Shown piece by piece: positions 57,709 to 64,000 of a stretch of DNA of 64,000 bases. A program made the position numbers and the translations under genes. Origin of the DNA: Arenicellales bacterium. GTDB lineage: Bacteria; Pseudomonadota; Gammaproteobacteria; Arenicellales; JAJDZL01. How positions within the stretch are numbered: position 1 is the stretch's first letter; every line of letters starts with the position of its first letter. Below the pieces are notes generated by a model that was not told where the DNA came from, did no database searches, and saw only the letters and a program-made list of their open reading frames with translations. The stretch spans positions 2,106,828-2,170,827 of the forward strand of contig OZ243928.1 in the NCBI GenBank assembly GCA_965213865.1, given 5' to 3'.

Positions 57709-58341
57709 TTGACAAAAATTAAAGTATGTGGCATCACTCGCTTGACAGACGCGCTGAGCGCTGCGGAGCACGGTGCCGATGCTTTGGGCTTCGTTTTCTA
57801 TCCTCCGAGCCCTCGCAATCTTGAAATTGGTCAGGCCAGAGCAATTCTTGATTATTTGCCGGAAAGCGTGTCATCTGTCGCAGTCATGGCTGACCCTGAT
57901 GATGCGCTGCTTGCCGCTGTTGTCAGCCAGGTTCGCCCCGATTATCTTCAGTTTCATGGTGTTGAGTCGCCCCTGCGCTGCCAAGCGTCGGGGTTGCCGT
58001 ATCTGAAAGGTTTTCGCGTCCGGCGCAAATCACAAATCAAGCAGGAAGCTGCAGCCTATATCGGCGCCCATGCGATTTTGCTGGATGCCTATGCGCCTGA
58101 CAAGGTCGGGGGCACAGGGGAGACCTTCGCCTGGGATCGGGTTCCAAGTCTCCGTCACAAAGTCATATTAGCCGGCGGTCTGAATGCAGGAAACGTGGAT
58201 CTTGCGATGCGTACGATCCGGCCTTATGCGGTCGATGTAAGCAGCGGTGTGGAATCAGCTCCCGGCATTAAGGATGCCAAGGCGATCGGTGAGTTTGTCA
58301 AGGCTGTCAGACGATCTGATCAGCTGCTTGACAGCGCGTGA
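57709..58341 (+). CDS. trpF: phosphoribosylanthranilate isomerase
   Basis: Contains KIKVCGITRLTDA, GADALGFVFYPPSPR and LAGGLN. A TTG start at 57709 is proposed because the upstream part of the track ORF has no TrpF similarity. Confidence 0.85.
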   Translation: MTKIKVCGITRLTDALSAAEHGADALGFVFYPPSPRNLEIGQARAILDYLPESVSSVAVMADPDDALLAAVVSQVRPDYLQFHGVESPLRCQASGLPYLKGFRVRRKSQIKQEAAAYIGAHAILLDAYAPDKVGGTGETFAWDRVPSLRHKVILAGGLNAGNVDLAMRTIRPYAVDVSSGVESAPGIKDAKAIGEFVKAVRRSDQLLDSA

Positions 58342-58359
58342 AACGCTTGCAATTCAATT

Positions 58360-59241
58360 ATGAACTGGTTTTCTAAACTGCTGCCGCCAAAGATTAAAGG
58401 CGGCGATGCCTTGAACAAGAAAGGTGTGCCGGAAGGGGTATGGGTTAAGTGCGGAGAGTGCACTGCGGTACTTTACCAGATTGAGCTGGGGCACAATCTC
58501 AATGTCTGCCCGAAGTGCGGCTATCACATGCGCATCGATGCCACGGAGCGCATTCAGTCTTTTTTGGATGAGAACTCGATGCGAATGCTCAAAGGCGATG
58601 TAAGGCCAGTTGACAAGCTTAAATTCAAGGATCAGAAAAAATACCGCGAGCGTCTCGCAGAGGCGCAAAAGAAAACAGGCAATTATGATGCGCTCGTGGC
58701 CGCCGCGGGCAGGCTTTATGAGATGCCTGTTGTGGTTGCCGCTTTTGAGTTTGCTTTCATGGGCGGATCGATGGGCTCGGTAGTGGGCGAGCGGTTTGTC
58801 AATGCCGTTGATGCCTGCATTGATGCCAATGCGCCTTTTGTCTGCTTTTCTGCCAGCGGCGGGGCGCGCATGCAGGAAGCTATGTATTCGCTGCTGCAGA
58901 TGGCAAAGACCACAGCAGCAATCAACCGGCTCAATGCACATCAGCTGCCCTATGTTTCGGTGCTGACCGACCCCACCATGGGGGGCGTCTCGGCCAGCCT
59001 CGGGATGCTCGGCGATATCATTATCGCAGAGCCCGGAGCGGTGGTCGGGTTCGCTGGCCGCAGAGTTGTTGAGCAGACTGTGCGCGAGGAGCTGCCAGAA
59101 AATTTTCAAAAAGCGGAATTTTTGCTTGAGCACGGTGCAATCGATATGATTGTTGATCGCAGAGAAATTCGCGATACAGTCAATCGCATCCTCACAATCC
59201 TCCTGACCAATCGTGCGGAAGCCGTGCAATATGCCGAATAA
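58360..59241 (+). CDS. accD: acetyl-CoA carboxylase carboxyltransferase beta subunit
   Basis: Has the zinc ribbon [18 protein letters not shown] and the [17 protein letters not shown] motifs. Confidence 0.93.
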   Translation: MNWFSKLLPPKIKGGDALNKKGVPEGVWVKCGECTAVLYQIELGHNLNVCPKCGYHMRIDATERIQSFLDENSMRMLKGDVRPVDKLKFKDQKKYRERLAEAQKKTGNYDALVAAAGRLYEMPVVVAAFEFAFMGGSMGSVVGERFVNAVDACIDANAPFVCFSASGGARMQEAMYSLLQMAKTTAAINRLNAHQLPYVSVLTDPTMGGVSASLGMLGDIIIAEPGAVVGFAGRRVVEQTVREELPENFQKAEFLLEHGAIDMIVDRREIRDTVNRILTILLTNRAEAVQYAE

Positions 59242-60601
59242 GCGCAGCACATGCAGCCATGCTGTCAGTCTGCAGATGCGCTCGACGCACCATCCGCAGG
59301 TCGCAGATTGGATTGACTACATTCAGAGACTGCACTATCGAACAATGGATCTGACTTTGGACCGCGTTGACCGAGTCATCAGCCGCATCATCGGCGCGAC
59401 TGTTCCATTCACTGTGATCAGTGTGGCCGGCACCAATGGCAAAGGTTCTCTGGCGACCCTGCTGGAGTCTATCTTTCGGTGCGCTGGACTGAGGACCGGA
59501 CTGTATACTTCCCCGCATCTGGTGCGCTTTAACGAACGGCTGGCGGTCAGCGGCACCCCGGTTACAGACGCTGAGCTGCTGGCTGCATTTGAGCAGGTGG
59601 AGCAGTTGCGCGGCACCACGCCGCTGACATTCTTTGAGTATTCGACGGCGCTTGCCATACATTACTTTCAAGCGCGACAAGTGGATGTTGCGATCCTGGA
59701 AGTCGGATTAGGCGGGCGCAAAGATGCGGTGAATGTGCTGGATGCGGATATCGCCTGCATCACCTCGATTGGCACTGATCACTCGCAGTGGCTGGGTCCT
59801 GACCGTGAGAGAATTGGCGCTGAAAAGGCGGGAATTTTGCGCAGCCGGCAGCTGGCGGTGTGCACCGATATCGATTTGCCAGACAGCATCCGAGACAAAA
59901 TTCGCCGGCTCAAGGTGCAGGCTATGATCAACGGCGAGCAGTTCCGCTCGTCATGGGGTGAAGATACCTGGTCGGTCAAGCTGTCACAATTGGGAATGAC
60001 ACAGACAATCGATAACATTCCCAAACCTGGGATTCAAGGGGCTTGCCAGCGTCATAATGCGGCCGGTGCGGTGACCGCCTCGATCCTGGCGCGCAAGTAT
60101 TTTGACATTTCCGACAGGGCGATTCGGTCGGGCATCCAGTCGGCATCGCTGAGCGGCCGGCTGCAAATCATGCAAGAACAGCCGGCAGTATTGCTGGATG
60201 TTGCCCACAATGTGGAATCGGTCGCTGAGCTGCGGCAATACTTGCGCTCGCATCCATGCAAAGGACGTCAGATTGCGCTGCTGTCGGCGCTTGCCGACAA
60301 GCCCATTGAGCAGATGGTTGCCCAAGTCGGCGATGTGTTTGATGAGTGGCATCTTTGCAGTATCGATGATGCGCGCGGCATGACGGCGCGAAATCTCTGC
60401 CGACGAGTGCAGCGGGTTGTGGCGGATGCACAGCCGATCAGCTTGCATTGCGATGTCCCGCAAGCTTTTGCCGCGATTTCCAAGCGGGCAGACAAGGATG
60501 ATCGCATCGTAGTTTTCGGCTCTTTCATTACGGTCGGACAGATCCTGCGATTGCTTTCAGTGAACAACGACGAACAGAGGAAACACCAGAGCAATGTATA
60601 A
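59231..60601 (+). CDS. folC: bifunctional folylpolyglutamate synthase / dihydrofolate synthase
   Basis: Contains VAGTNGKGS and [14 protein letters not shown]. The start is ambiguous (59213, 59231 or 59276). Confidence 0.88.
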   Translation: MPNKRSTCSHAVSLQMRSTHHPQVADWIDYIQRLHYRTMDLTLDRVDRVISRIIGATVPFTVISVAGTNGKGSLATLLESIFRCAGLRTGLYTSPHLVRFNERLAVSGTPVTDAELLAAFEQVEQLRGTTPLTFFEYSTALAIHYFQARQVDVAILEVGLGGRKDAVNVLDADIACITSIGTDHSQWLGPDRERIGAEKAGILRSRQLAVCTDIDLPDSIRDKIRRLKVQAMINGEQFRSSWGEDTWSVKLSQLGMTQTIDNIPKPGIQGACQRHNAAGAVTASILARKYFDISDRAIRSGIQSASLSGRLQIMQEQPAVLLDVAHNVESVAELRQYLRSHPCKGRQIALLSALADKPIEQMVAQVGDVFDEWHLCSIDDARGMTARNLCRRVQRVVADAQPISLHCDVPQAFAAISKRADKDDRIVVFGSFITVGQILRLLSVNNDEQRKHQSNV

Positions 60602-61649
60602 GATTACAGACAACGCGGCTTTAGCCAGAGCCATTGTGTCGGGCGGGGTCGTATGGATTATTGCGATACTCGTCGTGTTCTTTTACGTCATTGACCTTCC
60701 AACTTTCGATGCTCGGGATGCAGTGACTGAAACCGAAGTTGCGACCGAACCGGAGCCAGCCGCCCAGGTCGGCAGTGAGCCGCAGAGTCAGCCGCCGGCA
60801 CTGGATACAGCCGCGGCGCCCGCGCCTGAGCGAATGCCAGATGCTGCCGATGAGCCGCTGCCGCTCAGCTCGCAGCCTCAGGCCGAGCCAGCCGCCGGGG
60901 AAGCGGTCTCCGCTGAGCCAGTGCGCCTGCCCGATGCTGTACCGCAGACCGCTGCAATTGATGACGCGGTTCAGACTGTGGAGACACTCAGGCCGGGCTG
61001 GTATATTCAAGTCGGTGCATACAGCAGTGAAGTCAATGCCAGAGTCGAGCGCCTCCGATACGAAAACGCAGATTTCCCAACGCAGCTTGAATCCGGCGCT
61101 GAAGGCGTGGTTCGAATTTTAGTGGGCCCCTATCTGTCGGAAATCGAGGCGGTCAAATCTCAAGGCGAGGTCACTGATGAGATGAAGGCTGGAAAAACCT
61201 TCATTCGCAGTGTCGGCATTGATGTCTCAGCTGCCGCGGCAGCTGAGACACAGTCAGCCGCTGAGCCGGCATCCTATGATCAGACTGCATTGAATAATCT
61301 GGTGCAGGAAATTGTATCGGAAGGGGCGGGCACCGCGGTGAGCGGGAGTGGCGCAGCTCTTGCCGAGCCGCAGCCGCCGGCGGCCGGCAGTCAAGAGGTC
61401 CTGACCACTTTGAGTGAATCCGGCTGGTACGTGCAGGTGGGCGCCTACAAGAGTCTCACAAATGCCGAGATACATCGCATGAAGTTTGCCGTTTTGAAAT
61501 TGCCTGTCGCGATCGAGCACGGCACAGACGATGTCCGGCGGGTCATGATCGGCCCTTTTAGATCACGCGCAGAGGCCGAGGCAGCGAACTCAAAGATTGC
61601 ATTGGAGCAAAACGTTCGAGACGGAATTATCCGCGAGGTTACCTTGTAA
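60594..61649 (+). CDS. SPOR-domain cell-division protein (DedD-like) with two SPOR repeats
   Basis: Has an N-terminal TM helix and a Pro/Ala/Glu-rich linker. Two SPOR repeats follow: GWYIQVGAYSSEVNA...ILVGPY and GWYVQVGAYKSLTNA...VMIGPF. Confidence 0.8.
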   Translation: MYKITDNAALARAIVSGGVVWIIAILVVFFYVIDLPTFDARDAVTETEVATEPEPAAQVGSEPQSQPPALDTAAAPAPERMPDAADEPLPLSSQPQAEPAAGEAVSAEPVRLPDAVPQTAAIDDAVQTVETLRPGWYIQVGAYSSEVNARVERLRYENADFPTQLESGAEGVVRILVGPYLSEIEAVKSQGEVTDEMKAGKTFIRSVGIDVSAAAAAETQSAAEPASYDQTALNNLVQEIVSEGAGTAVSGSGAALAEPQPPAAGSQEVLTTLSESGWYVQVGAYKSLTNAEIHRMKFAVLKLPVAIEHGTDDVRRVMIGPFRSRAEAEAANSKIALEQNVRDGIIREVTL

Positions 61650-61766
61650 GCGATCGGCGCGGCCTGCGGCGGTGAAAACAGAATCGCAAGTGAGTGTGAG
61701 CTCGCAGTCGTTATAATCGCGCCCCATGCGGAGGCAAAGCGGCGGTATTGTTGGAGGTATTCAGGC

Positions 61767-64000
61767 ATGATTCCGAGCGGTGAATTCAGCCCGCAGCATC
61801 AATTGCGCGAGCCGGGGCTTGGGAGCCATTGGCTAGGGCGTGAGCGATACCCGGTACGGGGGCGCTCTGTGGTCGCTTTTCCCTTGTTCGAGGGTGATGA
61901 GGTCAATCTGGTCGACCCTGAAGGACTTCAATGCGCACACCTTGTAGCGATCAATGCGGCCGGAGAATCATGCACCGCCCAGCTGGGCTTGACACCCAAT
62001 GTCAGCGCTCGGCAGATTTGTGAATTGCTTGCCCGCGCCGACCGGAGTGCGGCCAAGTTTCGAGCCAGACTCAAATCCATTGGCGCTGATCTGTCTGGCT
62101 GGCAAGCCGCACAGATCCTGGCCGGACGCACTCAGGCCGGCGCCTCTATTGCGTTTGCCGCTGAGACTGACTGCATTGTGATGATTGCGGCCCCCGGCAC
62201 TGCTATGGAGGTCGATCAGCAGGCGCCTGCGACAGACCTTGAAGCCTGGGTGACCCGCGCATCGCCACAAATCAATATCCGCCACGATGCGCCTGATCCG
62301 CTGGCCGATCCGGTTCAGGATTTTCGGATCCAGGCCGCCAGCGCGAGGAGTTATCTGGTTAGACAGGGCCAATATATTCAAGTGATTGATGTGGACGGCC
62401 GCCAATGCTCTGATTTTCAGTGCTTTGATATCAGCGAGCTGGACAAGGGCTTGGAGCGCTGTCTTGATGCGACTGCAACACGAACGATGGTGGGGTCTGC
62501 CTACCCGGCCCCGGGCCTGTATTCGAAGTTTTTTGATGTTCAGCTGGAGCCGGTGATTGAAGTCATTCAGGATACTTGCGGCCGGCATGACAGTTTCGGG
62601 CTGGCCTGCACGGCCAAGCACTACGAGGATCTCGGCTATCCGGGCCATGCGAACTGCTCTGATAATTTCAATCTTGCTTTGCAGCCTTATGCGGTCGCAG
62701 AGCGCAACGGGTGGATGGCGATCAATCTTTTTTTTAACTCATTTTTTGATGATTCCTATCAATTGTACTCGGATGAGCCATGGTCGCGTCCGGGCGACTA
62801 TGTCCTGCTGCGCGCGATGAGAGACTTGGTCTGCGTGACATCTTCGTGTGCCGATGACATCGATCCGGCTAACGCCTGGAATCCCACAGATATCCATTTG
62901 CGAGTTTATGATGAAAGTGAACTGTTCAAAACAGCGATTGCGATTCGCCCGACAACAGACGCGGAGCCCGTTATGACTCAGGAGACCGCTTTCCACAGCG
63001 AGACATCGAAACTGACACGTAACTATGTCGAATCTTCCGGCTGCTGGATACCAGGCGACTATATCAATCAGGGCGCAATTCAAGAGTATTGGGCTTGTCG
63101 CGAGGCAGCGGTGATCGCGGACCTGAGTGCTTTGCGAAAGTACGAGGTCATCGGACCCGATGCAGAGACATTGCTGCAAAGATGCTTGCCCCGAGATATT
63201 GCCAAGCTTGCGGTCGGGCAGGTGACTTATACGCCGATGTGCAATGAGTCTGGCGGCATGATTGACGACGGCACCCTGTTTCGGCTTGGACAGGACAACT
63301 TCAGATGGATCGGCGGCTGTGACGGCTCCGGGCTGTGGCTGCGTGAGAAAGCGCAGGAAATGAAATTGAAAGTATGGGTCAAGAATGCTACCGCGCAGCT
63401 GGCCAATTTACAGGTTCAGGGGCCGAAAAGCCGTGAGATTCTGCGCAAGATTATCTGGACTCGACCCGATCAGGCAACCCTGGAAGAGCTGGGATGGTTT
63501 CGATTCAGTATCGCAAGGATTGAAGATGCCAAGGGCATTGCTGTAATCGTGTCGCGCACGGGCTTTACCGGCGAGCTTGGCTATGAGGTTTTTTGTCACC
63601 CGAGCCACGGTCCGCAAGTATGGCGCGCGATCGCTGCGGCTGGCGCGTCTTTCAATTTGAAGCCTATGGGTCTGGAGGCATTGGATATATTGCGCATTGA
63701 AGCCGGTTTGATTCTGGCTGGAAACGAATTCTGCGAGCAGACTGATCCGTTTGAGGCAGGGATCGGATTCACTGTGCCGCTGGCGTCAAAATCTGATGGA
63801 TTCATCGGGCGCGAGGCTTTAGAGCGCCGCAATGCTGCGCCGCAGCGCAAGCTGATCGGCCTCGTTATCTCGGGTCGCGAAGCAGCAATGGCCGGAGATG
63901 GAGTCTACCGCGGCCGCTACAAAGTGGGCGAGATTACCAGTGCGACTTTTTCTCCGATTTTGGGCCAGAACATCGCGCTTTGCCGAATGAGCATTGAGTA
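61767..64000 (+). CDS. DUF1989 (urea-carboxylase-associated YcgI-like) domain fused to a GcvT-family aminomethyltransferase; 3'-partial at window edge
   Basis: Absent from the ORF track because no stop is reached. GGAGG lies 9 nt before the ATG at 61767, and the frame stays open to 64000. It contains GQYIQVIDVDGRQCSDFQCF..HDSFGLACT..NCSDNF..GDYVLLRAMRDLVCVTSSC (DUF1989), then DLSALRKYEV.GPDA..LQVQGPKSREIL..SRTGFTGELGYEVF..LGLEALDILRIEAG (GcvT). Confidence 0.75.
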   Translation, partial: MIPSGEFSPQHQLREPGLGSHWLGRERYPVRGRSVVAFPLFEGDEVNLVDPEGLQCAHLVAINAAGESCTAQLGLTPNVSARQICELLARADRSAAKFRARLKSIGADLSGWQAAQILAGRTQAGASIAFAAETDCIVMIAAPGTAMEVDQQAPATDLEAWVTRASPQINIRHDAPDPLADPVQDFRIQAASARSYLVRQGQYIQVIDVDGRQCSDFQCFDISELDKGLERCLDATATRTMVGSAYPAPGLYSKFFDVQLEPVIEVIQDTCGRHDSFGLACTAKHYEDLGYPGHANCSDNFNLALQPYAVAERNGWMAINLFFNSFFDDSYQLYSDEPWSRPGDYVLLRAMRDLVCVTSSCADDIDPANAWNPTDIHLRVYDESELFKTAIAIRPTTDAEPVMTQETAFHSETSKLTRNYVESSGCWIPGDYINQGAIQEYWACREAAVIADLSALRKYEVIGPDAETLLQRCLPRDIAKLAVGQVTYTPMCNESGGMIDDGTLFRLGQDNFRWIGGCDGSGLWLREKAQEMKLKVWVKNATAQLANLQVQGPKSREILRKIIWTRPDQATLEELGWFRFSIARIEDAKGIAVIVSRTGFTGELGYEVFCHPSHGPQVWRAIAAAGASFNLKPMGLEALDILRIEAGLILAGNEFCEQTDPFEAGIGFTVPLASKSDGFIGREALERRNAAPQRKLIGLVISGREAAMAGDGVYRGRYKVGEITSATFSPILGQNIALCRMSIE

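Overview
This window looks like gammaproteobacterial chromosome. The assignment rests on gene order only: yajC-secDF, ribD-ribE-ribBA-ribH-nusB-thiL-pgpA, recA-recX-alaS-lysC-csrA-tRNASer-tRNAArg, rnr-rlmB, nth/metG/apbC/dcd/aroC, and leuB-asd-fimV-like ... truA-trpF-accD-folC-SPOR. This order is typical of Pseudomonas-like and sulfur-oxidizer-like Gammaproteobacteria. About 80 percent of the window is ordinary housekeeping sequence.

Several decayed accessory insertions interrupt the conserved clusters:
- An orphan DNA methyltransferase fused to a T5orf172/GIY-YIG-like domain sits between ribD and ribE.
- A 6.5-kb island is inserted at the 3' end of lysC, bracketed by 597-bp direct repeats that duplicate the last ~108 codons of lysC plus its 3'UTR. 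It carries recombinase, BrnTA and nuclease pseudogenes. It also carries a 2.3-kb tandem array (units of 607/649/628 bp) encoding four copies of a small tail-anchored coiled-coil protein, whose internal 21-bp (heptad) repeat number differs between copies.
- A block next to a bufferin-type RiPP operon (DUF2282-DUF692-DUF2063-DoxX, plus a co-directional ArsS-like radical SAM gene) holds an ISAs1/DUF4338 remnant.
- A 4-kb insertion lies between metG and apbC. It contains an Rpn/YhgA-like nuclease and a module flanked by ~250-bp inverted repeats that encloses an IS1380 remnant.
- A 1.6-kb insertion lies between truA and trpF.

The most unusual recurring signal is a four-member family of small secreted proteins (loci near 20.4, 24.7, 36.0 and 45.2 kb). 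Their signal-peptide coding regions all carry a C9-C10 homopolymer a few codons after the ATG. One copy is in frame, two are out of frame by a single C, and one is degraded, which fits slipped-strand phase variation. All family and domain assignments come from reading motifs in the supplied translations. No database search was possible.
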